Source of the DNA: a virus
Lineage: Duplodnaviria > Caudoviricetes
Strand: one strand, 5' to 3'
IMG/VR virus record: IMGVR_UViG_3300033463_000027
Location: 64,001 to 128,000 of that record
Length of the DNA stretch: 64,000 nucleotides
The translations under genes and the position numbers were made by a program. Shown here in pieces: positions 29,118-38,215 of this stretch (positions within the stretch are counted from its first letter, which is position 1; each line of letters starts with the position of its first letter). A model generated the notes under the pieces. The model searched no databases and was not told the origin of the DNA. It saw only the letters and a program-made list of their open reading frames with translations.

Positions 29118-30113
29118 ATGTCAAACATAATTATCAGACAAGGTAGAAACGCCATTCAACAAAGTGCTGTCAATGACCATACTATGAGCAGAAATGCAAG
29201 GGGTATGCTCATGGACTTACTCTTCATGGACAGTGAAGCAAGTGTGAGATCACTTACAGATATGTCCAGTGATGGACAAGCAAAGGTTACTTCTGCTTTA
29301 AAAGAGTTAGAGGACAAAGGTTATCTTATTCGTGAAAGAACAAGAGTGAATGGTAAGCTATCCAAGTATAATTATGTTTTAACTATGCCTAACAGTTCTG
29401 ATACCACATCTGATTCTGCAAGGGATTTATTCATTGAAAGTCTTGAACAGCCTGTATGTGATACGGTAGAATCTCATATAGCTATATCTGACATAGGTAA
29501 TTCTAATGAAGAAATCCCTTGTGTGATAAACCATGACAAGGCTAAAACCACGGTAAATCAAGGCTTTTCGGAGTGTCAGTATGCTTATTCAAGCTATGAT
29601 CTGATAGATAAGAATATAAATAATAATAATATATATTTATCTAATCAATCATCAAATCCATCTTCTGTTAAATCTCAGATAGGTTATGATACTCTTGTCA
29701 ATGAAGTGGACAAGCAGGATATAGAATTGGTAGATATGATGGTCGCTATCATATCCGAAGTGTATAGCTCTCAGAGCGCATGGACAAGAGTGTCAGGGCA
29801 AAGTATGTCTACTCGGAAGGTTGTAACACAGTTCATAAAACTTGGAAAGGAAGATTTACTCTATGTCGTAGAATGTATGAATAAGACCAACACTTTAATT
29901 AGGTCTATAAAACCCTATCTTGTCACAAGCCTTTACAATGCTGCTATAACGCAGGAGTCTCGCAAGTCAGCAGCCAAATTTAACAGACGCGAGAGAAAAC
30001 GTGACTGTTGTGATAGTTACTATGATAATTACGGAGAACATAGCTCGTTCTCTATCGACAAGTTCTATGAGATAGCAAATGGGTATGACCCTTTGCACAT
30101 TACTTTTTCATGA
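29118..30113 (+). CDS. HTH + DUF6017-like replication-initiator-type protein
   Basis: SSDGQAKVTSALKELEDKGYL HTH; C-terminal IKPYLVTSLYNA. Confidence 0.65.
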   Translation: MSNIIIRQGRNAIQQSAVNDHTMSRNARGMLMDLLFMDSEASVRSLTDMSSDGQAKVTSALKELEDKGYLIRERTRVNGKLSKYNYVLTMPNSSDTTSDSARDLFIESLEQPVCDTVESHIAISDIGNSNEEIPCVINHDKAKTTVNQGFSECQYAYSSYDLIDKNINNNNIYLSNQSSNPSSVKSQIGYDTLVNEVDKQDIELVDMMVAIISEVYSSQSAWTRVSGQSMSTRKVVTQFIKLGKEDLLYVVECMNKTNTLIRSIKPYLVTSLYNAAITQESRKSAAKFNRRERKRDCCDSYYDNYGEHSSFSIDKFYEIANGYDPLHITFS

Positions 30114-30203
30114 CAAGAAAATAGCAGAAGTATAGAAACTTCTGCTATGATTGTTGGTATTATCTTTGTATTGCAGATTTGAGGGCGAGGGTGTATAATA
30201 TAA

Positions 30204-30707
30204 TCAGATCGGAATTAAGCTATCTTGAATTTCATAAGCACATTGTTCTAATTTTTGGAAATCGCAACATCTGTGAGCCAAAGATGTGTCATTAACATTG
30301 GTAAGCTTATGGTTATAAACAATAATAGCGTTTTGAATAATCTTATTCGATAGTTTACGGATAATTCGATATTCATTTTGTAAAAGGCTATAATAACCTT
30401 TATCTGTTTTATTAATTTCAGAAAAATCAACATAGTGATATACTCCATCAATCACTGGAATCATGTTGTTTAGATTTACCGAACCATAATGTCCTATGTG
30501 AATATGATCCAACATTTCAGGAAGTTGTTTGTGTTCCTTGAAAGATGTAAGATTTACAAAATATTTTAGATCATTTACTTTAAAGAGGATGCCAAGATAT
30601 TTTCGAGGATAAATTCTTGATTTAATTTTGGGGTCAGCGACTTTATTGTCAACAGCTTTGAGTTTGAGAATATAGTCATCATCAATCTCGAACATTTTTA
30701 AGCTCAT
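30204..30707 (-). CDS. toxN: Type III toxin-antitoxin toxin, ToxN/AbiQ family
   Basis: IDDDYILKL..DNKV, RKYLGIL, YFVNLTS, VNLNNMIPV, CCDFQKLE. Confidence 0.88.
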   Translation of the reverse strand: MSLKMFEIDDDYILKLKAVDNKVADPKIKSRIYPRKYLGILFKVNDLKYFVNLTSFKEHKQLPEMLDHIHIGHYGSVNLNNMIPVIDGVYHYVDFSEINKTDKGYYSLLQNEYRIIRKLSNKIIQNAIIVYNHKLTNVNDTSLAHRCCDFQKLEQCAYEIQDSLIPI

Positions 30708-30721
30708 GATAACACTTCCTA

Positions 30722-30883
30722 AAAAGAATGGGCTGTATTGCACAGCCCACTTCTAAAGTTCTCATTTAAGGGTCGAGATATACCCACTTTATGCAGTTCT
30801 CATTTAAGGGTCGAGATATACCCACTAAGGATAAAGTTTCCTTTATCCACTATTATTATATCACATTGATTAAAGTTTGTCAA
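30722..30883 (-). ncRNA. toxI: ToxI antitoxin repeats with promoter and terminator
   Basis: Two 38-nt-period repeats (30757-30788, 30795-30826; pseudoknot GGGT..CTC.ACCC..GAG), terminator GGGCTGT/ACAGCCC before toxN, and TTGACA-N17-TATAAT upstream. Confidence 0.85.
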
Positions 30884-31057
30884 TATGTTTTTATAAAGTT
30901 TACAATTTGTTCATATCTGATTTCTTTTACCCTATAAACTAAAAAGCAGAAGCGTAACAACTTCTGCCTTGTTCTTTACCATAATGTTTGTATTGAAAAT
31001 CAGAGTAAGAGAATGTATAATAATATCAAGATAAAGAACATAGGGCAAAGCCCAAAA

Positions 31058-31282
31058 CTATTCTTGATTATTTGCGTTATCGGGTATGTATTCAAGAATG
31101 TCACCGGGTTGACATTCAAGGAGCTTGCATATTGTTTCGATGTTCTCCCATGAAACAGGCAAAACATTTCGGAGTTTTTGCACTGTTGATTCACTTAATA
31201 ACTTTTCTTTTCTGATTGTATAGGTTGAATAACCTTTATTTCGTAATTCGTTTAAAACATCTATTTTGAATTTCATTGACAT
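31058..31282 (-). CDS. Xre/Cro HTH transcriptional regulator
   Basis: LSESTVQKLR..SWENIETICKLLECQPGDILEY. Confidence 0.85.
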   Translation of the reverse strand: MSMKFKIDVLNELRNKGYSTYTIRKEKLLSESTVQKLRNVLPVSWENIETICKLLECQPGDILEYIPDNANNQE

Positions 31283-31452
31283 AGAATCACCTTAATTCAA
31301 AGAGAAAAGAGGGTTTCCGAAGAATCCCTCTCGTCCCTTTAACACTACCCTACACACATTGTTAGGGTTTCTCTAAGCATTGTTGTATCATTATCTCTTT
31401 CGTAAAAGAGATTTATCTTGCATCTTTAGTATAACATATAGTTTAAGATTTG

Positions 31453-32079
31453 TCAAGGGGTTTTGGAAATTTTCTTTTTTAATTCTTCAAAGTTGTTGAC
31501 ATTGAAATACTTAAATACACAATTGAGTTGTAAAATTAAATCTGTTTGTCTATTAAACATACGCTTGATTTTTAAATCTTGGTTTTGACATTTAGTATTT
31601 AGATATTGAAACTTAGAAATTAAGCCAGTTTGAAAAAGAAGTTGATTATCAATCTGATCCATCACTGATTTTGGAAGTGGATTAGGAAGGATTTTCTTAT
31701 CTAAACGAACTTTGTCAATGGTTAAAATATTAGATATATTAGCTTTACCATCTAAAATTATATTTCCTTGTTGATTTTTATATATACCAATAGGAATAAG
31801 GCAAGAATAATTTCTACTGCTATGAGTGATTGGGCAAACAATTGTATTAGAAGAACGAATATTAACCTTATCGTTTTGAATTATTACACAAGGTCTTGGG
31901 GTTGTTTTGCGAATTTCTGTTCCAATATTATATCCCAAATGACACCAATATACTTCACCTCGCCTTACAGAACGCTTATGGGCGTGTGTAGTATATGCTT
32001 GATTGTCTAAGAACAATGCAGTATTAAGCCAGTTAATAAAGTATTGGGCTTCGTTTAAAAACATTTGATGAATAGCCAT
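31453..32079 (-). CDS. PemK/MazF-family toxin-like protein
   Basis: RRGEVYWCHLGYNIGTEI..RPCVIIQND..TIVCPIT, TIDKVRL. Confidence 0.85.
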   Translation of the reverse strand: MAIHQMFLNEAQYFINWLNTALFLDNQAYTTHAHKRSVRRGEVYWCHLGYNIGTEIRKTTPRPCVIIQNDKVNIRSSNTIVCPITHSSRNYSCLIPIGIYKNQQGNIILDGKANISNILTIDKVRLDKKILPNPLPKSVMDQIDNQLLFQTGLISKFQYLNTKCQNQDLKIKRMFNRQTDLILQLNCVFKYFNVNNFEELKKKISKTP

Positions 32080-32108
32080 ATCTTATCCCTCTTTATTCTG
32101 GTTATTAG

Positions 32109-32996
32109 CCTGTTCTACATAAAAAGTATTCTATTGAAATACTGGCTATGTCTGATTATACCGAAGAACAGCTCGAAGAACAGTTCATGCGCCTGAACAG
32201 CGGTACACCCTTTAAGCCAACGCAGAAAGAACGTGTAGCACTTGGGACTCAGATTGCTCCCAAGTTTGACGAGAAGATACTTAATCTTCCGTTTTGGGAT
32301 AGGTGTACTCCCTCGGTTGCAAACTCCAAGACTGATGCTAAGTTGGGTATCGCACTCGAATGTCTCATGCTCTTGACAGATTACGAGTGCAAGGGGTATG
32401 GTTCTGCTGAGATACAGAAGTTCGCTCAGTATTTCCGTGAGAATTATGACGAAGCTGCGGTGGACGAGCTTGCGATGTTGCTTGAAAAGTTGGATGAATA
32501 CTATCCTACCGATGACGAGTGTGTTCCTTTGTTAAAGAAGTTACATATCCCTGCACTGGTTATATGTATGAAGATGTTCTTGAAAATACAGAGTGGTGAA
32601 GTTAAGTTTAATGGTAAGGTCAAGTTCAATTTCACAGAGGAGGACTTTGAGAAGTGGCTTTATGAATGGTCTACCAAGATGCATCGTGGAGAATACTCTG
32701 ATAAGGGCTGTAAGGAAGGAACCACCAAGAAAGATAAGGTGAAAGCCCGTGTGGATATTATCTGTGATAGACTCTTGGGAGCAGCGGAAGTCAATATAAC
32801 CAACTATATAATCTCTGTCAAGGGTGATAACTTTGATTGGGAGCATGGCGATTATAGCTTCTTAGAAGGAACCCCCTCAGATGACAACACTGTAACCGCA
32901 GAGATTGTAGAGGACAACACGCCAACAACAGTAGATGCTATCCTGGATAGCATGGATTTGGAAGAAGAAGTAGTTGAGTCTAATGAAAAGAGGTGA
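32109..32996 (+). pseudogene. 5'-truncated DUF262/ParB-like (YopQ-like) gene
   Basis: Starts at EEQFMRLNSGTP, which normally ends a DUF262 domain. No RBS; in-frame TAG at 32106. Confidence 0.55.
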
Positions 32997-33002
32997 AAAT
33001 AT

Positions 33003-33997
33003 ATGCAAATGACTGCAACAGCGAAAATACAGCTTATTGTACCATCTGAATATTATGAGCTGCTGATTAACACAGCTAACACTTATCGTAATGCTTGTAA
33101 TTTTGTATCTGAATATATTTTCAAAACACATAATTTAAAACAGTTTTCTTTGAATCAGGAATTGTATTATGAACTTAGAGAGAAGTTTGGGCTTGGTTCT
33201 CAAATGACACAATCTGTATTTAAAACTGTCATTGCCAGATATAAAACGATTCAAACAAATCAGCATCAATGGATTCAGCCTGAATTTAAAGTTCCTCAAT
33301 TTGATTTAGTTTGGAATAGAGATTATTCTTTAAATCAGGATTGTTTTTCAGTCAATACTTTGCATGGCAGAATCAAATTAGCTTACTGTTCACAAGGTAT
33401 GGAAAAATATTTTGATAAAGAGATTTACAAATTCGGAACAGCAAAACTTGTCTATAGACATAAGAAATATTTTCTGCACATTCCGGTGACTTTTGAAGTT
33501 TCAGAATGTTCTGATTCTGATATTTGTAATGTTGTTGGTATTGACCGTGGAATCAATTTTATTGTTGCAACCTATAACAGTAAACATCAATCTGGCTTTG
33601 TCAGTGGTAAGACTATCAAACAAAAACGTGGGCATTATAAGAATCTCCGCAAACAATTACAGCAGGTCAAAACTCCGTCATCTCTGCTACTGAAAAAATC
33701 AAGCTGAAAAACAGATATGTTTCTGTAAGCTGGGCTTTTTACGATTTAGAACAAAAACTTATCTATAAAGCAACGCAGCATCATGACAAAGTGATTAAAG
33801 TAAATCCTGCTTATACAAGTCAATGTTGTCCCATGTGCGGACATACAGAAAGAGCAAACCGCAATAAGAAAATACATCTTTTCTGTTGTAAAAATTGCGG
33901 TTATAAGTCAAATGATGACCGTATAGGTGCAATGAATCTCTACCGAATGGGAATAGAGTACCTTGTAGAGTCACAGACCAGTATATCTGTTCTGTGA
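33003..33997 (+). pseudogene. tnpB: TnpB with internal deletion and frameshift
   Basis: RuvC-I GIDRG present. Junction near 33685 removes the RuvC-II region. Zn finger and NDDRIGAMN lie in another frame. Confidence 0.85.
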
Positions 33998-34142
33998 AGG
34001 GTGCTGTCAACCACCCTACGATGTAACGCCACTTCTAATAGCAATATTAGTTGTCAAAATGTGGGAGGAGAAATCCGCTATACCACAGGGCAGTTGCAAG
34101 CTCCTACCTCTAAGGCGTTAGCCGTAGGTCGGGGTAGTTGAC
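33998..34142 (+). ncRNA. TnpB omegaRNA / IS right end
   Basis: Structured 3' region ending in a hairpin and TTGAC (34138-34142). Confidence 0.6.
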
Positions 34143-34230
34143 AATAATGAAAAAGTGTATAAACATCATAAAACAAAATATTTGTATTTGTGCAAATAGC
34201 AGAAGATTTCTATTTCAAGTATCTTGTATG

Positions 34231-34259
34231 TTGACAGTGATTCAACAATATGATATAAT
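34231..34259 (+). promoter_or_regulatory. sigmaA promoter
   Basis: TTGACA-N17-TATAAT with extended TG. Confidence 0.75.
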
Positions 34260-34314
34260 GTGACTTAATGGGAACAAGCTATTCTCAAATACAATTGAAA
34301 GGAAGTCACAAGAC

Positions 34315-35082
34315 ATGGTGATTAACAGAAACTACTCCGCTTTGGAGGACGAATTTGAAAACGCTGAAAGGATTGTGTTTAAACGTCCTGATAAAACCGA
34401 GGTTGTAGTCAAGACCTCAGTTCCAGACAAACTGCTTTCGATAAGTCAAACACCTATGAGATATGCAGACGAACGCCACGATATAATTTTTGATAAAGAT
34501 ATTGTTTCAGTGGTAAGACTGAACAATATTCTTGGGGTTGATTATATTAAAAATTTAACCTACACCGTAGATTCAAACGATGATGTTGTTAAGTGTATAA
34601 CCATCATTGACAGTGGACAGGTCATAGGAACTGCGGAAAAGTATCACTACAAGGGAGTTCGCAAGCGGTTCAAGCGTAATAGAAAACATCGGTATAACGA
34701 ACTTGTTAATGAGATTAGCAAGGAATACACATTCAGATTACCCGATGGACGTGTGGTATTGGGAACTGATCTTAATGATTACGAACCAATACCGTGGACA
34801 GGAGAAATCCGAAAAGTAATTAGATTCATGAATCATACAAGACATCGTATTTATGATCTTGATTTATTGATAACGTTTGGATTTATCATGGAGAGAAGCG
34901 GTGGAATATCACTTGGGTTTATAAACGCACTTACAGGAGAATATCTTGCGTTTATATGTCATCTTGATGATGTTTTAACTAATGAGAACAAAGAGAGGTT
35001 ACATAAAAAAAGAGAAGAGTACCTTGATACATTAACCGATACAGAAATAATGATAAACAATAAACTGAACAGGGGAGAATAA
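34315..35082 (+). CDS. Hypothetical protein
   Basis: 255 aa; AAGGAAG RBS. Confidence 0.65.
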   Translation: MVINRNYSALEDEFENAERIVFKRPDKTEVVVKTSVPDKLLSISQTPMRYADERHDIIFDKDIVSVVRLNNILGVDYIKNLTYTVDSNDDVVKCITIIDSGQVIGTAEKYHYKGVRKRFKRNRKHRYNELVNEISKEYTFRLPDGRVVLGTDLNDYEPIPWTGEIRKVIRFMNHTRHRIYDLDLLITFGFIMERSGGISLGFINALTGEYLAFICHLDDVLTNENKERLHKKREEYLDTLTDTEIMINNKLNRGE

Positions 35083-35138
35083 TACGATAATCAGCAGACC
35101 ATTTATTCTTCCCTATATTGGGAAAGGTGGTCACGATT

Positions 35139-35591
35139 ATGAGTGCTATGAATACGGAGACAACAAGAATGAGCCTGTCTCACGCTGATTGTGAGAGAAT
35201 ACAGAAGGCAGCTAATGAAGGCAATTTGTATATAGGCAAACCCAAGTCCAAAGAAGTGCGCAGAGGTCAGGTTTATATTGCTGACCTCGGCACTGGACGA
35301 GGTTCAGAGCAGCAGGGCATAAGACCAGTGCTTATAATTCAGAATGATATTGGTAATCATTTTGGCAACACTGTTCTTGTGGTACCTATTACCTCACAGA
35401 ACAAACGTGAAATGCCCACTCACCTTAGAATATCTTCGGGTACTGCGGGGCTTACTAAGGATTCAACAGCTCTTGTCGAACAGATGAGAACTGTTGATAA
35501 GTCACGTTTGAAGAATTGTATCGGGTGCCTTACCGCTGATATGATGAATGATGTCAATAGTAGGATCATGATTCAGGTTGGAATAGGATAA
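35139..35591 (+). CDS. MazF/PemK-family endoribonuclease
   Basis: RRGQVYIADL..GSEQQGIRPVLIIQNDIGN..PITS..PTH..EQMRTVDKSRL. Confidence 0.9.
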   Translation: MSAMNTETTRMSLSHADCERIQKAANEGNLYIGKPKSKEVRRGQVYIADLGTGRGSEQQGIRPVLIIQNDIGNHFGNTVLVVPITSQNKREMPTHLRISSGTAGLTKDSTALVEQMRTVDKSRLKNCIGCLTADMMNDVNSRIMIQVGIG

Positions 35592-35672
35592 TTTTTACAT
35601 AATGTTTATATTGTAGTAACATTATGTAGTATTATTTGCTATTGGTATTTGATACAATGTATAATGTAAGAG

Positions 35673-36632
35673 GTGATAGTAATGGGCAGAACACCAAAGA
35701 AGTCAAACTTTTTTAATGCTGAAAAAAAGATTAAGTTTTGGGAAACATTAATAGATCAGAAAGATTATTACAATAACACTTGTAATTTATTTAATAAATT
35801 GAAACCCTTTGAGGAAAGTTTAGACAAAGATGTATTAGATTTTACCCAAGATGAACTGACCGAAACTTTCTTTGACTTAACATTGTATACTTATAGAGAA
35901 CGTAAGGACAATCTTATTTTGCTCAACAAGTATGCGTTATATATGGGAAAGCCTGAATTGACTTTACCCGGTGAAGCTGAATTAAAAAAACTGTACATTG
36001 AACGTGGTAAAATCGAAGTTGTTATTAACGACGAAGATTTGTTTGATGCTATGATGGTAGCTTTGAAAAAAGCTAATTGCGTGGATAAACATTATTATGA
36101 TATGCCTATTCTTAGGCAATTAATGCTTTATTATGGAGTTAGTGATGAACAACTCATTAATATGAAAAAGACTTTTATAAATGATTTTAAGTTGCCGACT
36201 GGCAAAGAAATAACCAGTAAGGCAATTCAGAATTTTATCATCAATGTTGTTATGAGCGGCGGTTATAGAGTTCGCGGAAAAGATGATACTGTGAGATACA
36301 GGCGATATGTTGAGACTGAGTTGTTATTAGCAAGGAGTTATTATGTGAGTGATACCCCCAAGAGAACAGATAAATCACAAGAGAATTTGTTGAATCAGTT
36401 ACAAACACAGTTTAAGGAACTATATAGCAATGATGATCGTCTAACCACTAAGAACATAACAATAGCGGGAAAATTTGACAGAGCATACCAACTTGATATG
36501 TTAAAAGACAATAAGGAAGTAATATTGTCTTGGTATATATTACAGCAGAAAGCTCATATTAAAGGATTAACTCTATTGGAGGAAGAGAGATATAACGTAT
36601 ATAAGCTATATCGGTTCACCAACAACATATAA
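35673..36632 (+). CDS. MrpR/YopR-like integrase-fold lysogeny repressor
   Basis: FNAEKKIKF..FEESLDKDVLDFT, LMLYYGV and TKNITIAG resemble SPbeta YopR. No catalytic RHRY tetrad evident. Confidence 0.6.
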   Translation: MIVMGRTPKKSNFFNAEKKIKFWETLIDQKDYYNNTCNLFNKLKPFEESLDKDVLDFTQDELTETFFDLTLYTYRERKDNLILLNKYALYMGKPELTLPGEAELKKLYIERGKIEVVINDEDLFDAMMVALKKANCVDKHYYDMPILRQLMLYYGVSDEQLINMKKTFINDFKLPTGKEITSKAIQNFIINVVMSGGYRVRGKDDTVRYRRYVETELLLARSYYVSDTPKRTDKSQENLLNQLQTQFKELYSNDDRLTTKNITIAGKFDRAYQLDMLKDNKEVILSWYILQQKAHIKGLTLLEEERYNVYKLYRFTNNI

Positions 36633-36639
36633 TAAGACA

Positions 36640-36671
36640 GCTCACGGTTTTCCCGTGGGCTTATTTTTTTT
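36640..36671 (+). terminator. Rho-independent terminator
   Basis: GCTCACGG-tttc-CCGTGGGC followed by a T run. Confidence 0.75.
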
Positions 36672-36743
36672 GCCTTTGGTCTGTATGTACAAAATCGAAT
36701 AATATTCATTGTCATTTTTGTGCAAGTATATAAAATTATACAA

Positions 36744-36875
36744 TGTACCTAATTCCCTATTGACAAGTCGCAAGGTGTGTGGTATACTTATTTATAGAGA
36801 TACGAAAGACGAAAAAGAATAAATAAAAGACAACTTTTATTTTTTTCACTGCATAACATTATGCAGTGTACCTAA
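36744..36875 (+). promoter_or_regulatory. sigmaA promoter with TGTACCTAA operators driving the tRNA/replication operon
   Basis: TGTACCTAA-N7-TTGACA-N17-TATACT, second box at 36867. Confidence 0.8.
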
Positions 36876-36948
36876 ATGTGATTACGACTGTATCAATACT
36901 CCTTTCATTCGGTTTTCCGATTCCGAAGGAAAACAAAAATCGGGGCTT

Positions 36949-37029
36949 GCCCCTTTGGTGGAACGGCAGACACACAGCACTCAAAATGCTGCGCCGCAAG
37001 GCATATTGGTTCGAGTCCAATAAGGGGCA
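36949..37029 (+). tRNA. tRNA-Leu(CAA)
   Basis: GCCCCTT/AAGGGGC acceptor, CT-CAA-AA loop, long variable arm, TTCGAGT T-loop. Confidence 0.9.
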
Positions 37030-37201
37030 TCGCCGAAAGAACAACAGCCACACTATCCGTGGTGATTGCGTTTGATTAGGGTGGTTAGCCGCCACAATTA
37101 ATGGTTAGTCACATGGGCAAGTGGCGTGTAGAACTAAAGATGATAAGTAAAATCGTCTTTTGCTCACCTATGCCGATGATGGTTAATTCGGTGTTCTACA
37201 T

Positions 37202-37287
37202 TGGGGAATGGCGAAGTGGTTTTTAACGCAAGCGGCTTTGACCCGCTCATGAGAAATCTGTCGTGAGTTCAAATCTCACTTCCCCAA
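37202..37287 (+). tRNA. tRNA-Gln(TTG) with atypically long variable region
   Basis: TGGGGAA/TTCCCCA acceptor, AGCGG-CTTTGAC-CCGCT, 15-nt variable region. Confidence 0.8.
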
Positions 37288-37635
37288 CTCTATGAATACC
37301 TCTTTTATTCTTTGCAGAGTTATTCATATTTACCTCCTATGTTCTCGGCAAGTCTTTTACGCCGAAGAGATAGTAGATGTTAAGAGATACTACCGAGAAC
37401 AAACGCCTATTGTCACGCTTTACACAAGGCGTATAAATATATAATGGAAAGGGAATGAATTATGCCGATGTTCGTTAGTGGTTTTATTCAACGGGTAGGG
37501 TTAGCTGAATAATCCCGCCCAAGAAAAGCAACACCAATCTCCTACTGGCTTATAGTCCCGATCAAACTATGAAGCAGGGCAATAGCGGAATTGCTCACCG
37601 TTTATTACTAACACAAAAGGTAGGAGATTGAGTTT

Positions 37636-37707
37636 CGGGGTGTAAGTCAATGGTAGACTGCTTGTTTTGGGAACAAGATGTTGGAAGTTCGATTCTTCTC
37701 ACTCCGA
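37636..37707 (+). tRNA. tRNA-Pro(TGG)
   Basis: CGGGGTG/CACTCCG acceptor, CTTGT-TTTGGGA-ACAAG. Confidence 0.88.
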
Positions 37708-37737
37708 TTACAGTTGTAAAACTTAAAGTTTTGTTCT

Positions 37738-37810
37738 GCGCTTGTAACTCAGTCGGTAGAGTAATCGCCTTTTAAGCGATAAGTCGTGGGTTCGAGTCCC
37801 ATCAGGCGCA
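37738..37810 (+). tRNA. tRNA-Lys(TTT)
   Basis: GCGCTTG/CAGGCGC acceptor, ATCGC-CTTTTAA-GCGAT. Confidence 0.92.
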
Positions 37811-37893
37811 CTTTTCTTCTCATGGTTTTTGTTTGTCATTTTGACGACGCTCCTTTTTGTCAGGTGTGGTTCTCACACAACCGCACCTGATAC

Positions 37894-37967
37894 GCTCCCT
37901 TAGACCAATTGGCAGAGTCATAGCACTTAAAATGCTTATAGTGTGAGTTCGAGTCTCACAGGGAGTA
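37894..37967 (+). tRNA. tRNA-Leu(TAA) with short variable loop
   Basis: GCTCCCT/AGGGAGT acceptor, CT-TAA-AA loop, 5-nt variable loop. Confidence 0.82.
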
Positions 37968-38102
37968 TTAAGGTAGTACATTTCCGACCTATGATTGACT
38001 ATCGAACAGGGAAATGGCGTAGGCACATACGATAGAAATGTGTTGGTTGCAGGGCAGACCAAGTAAGGATATCCTTTACTAAAGATTAGTCATCAGCCCA
38101 AT

Positions 38103-38174
38103 GCTGACATAGTATAAAGGTTATTACTGTAGATTTGTAATCTTCAAATCCCTGTTCGAGTCAGGGTGTCAGCT
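38103..38174 (+). tRNA. tRNA-Thr(TGT)
   Basis: GCTGACA/TGTCAGC acceptor, TT-TGT-AA loop. Confidence 0.85.
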
Positions 38175-38215
38175 TTAACCATAAAACACGTTGATAATTA
38201 TAGGAGGTTATCATT

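Noticed and set aside
36859-38062. ORFs 36859-37095, 36866-37075 and 37820-38062
   Set aside because: They overlap tRNA genes and are spurious translations.
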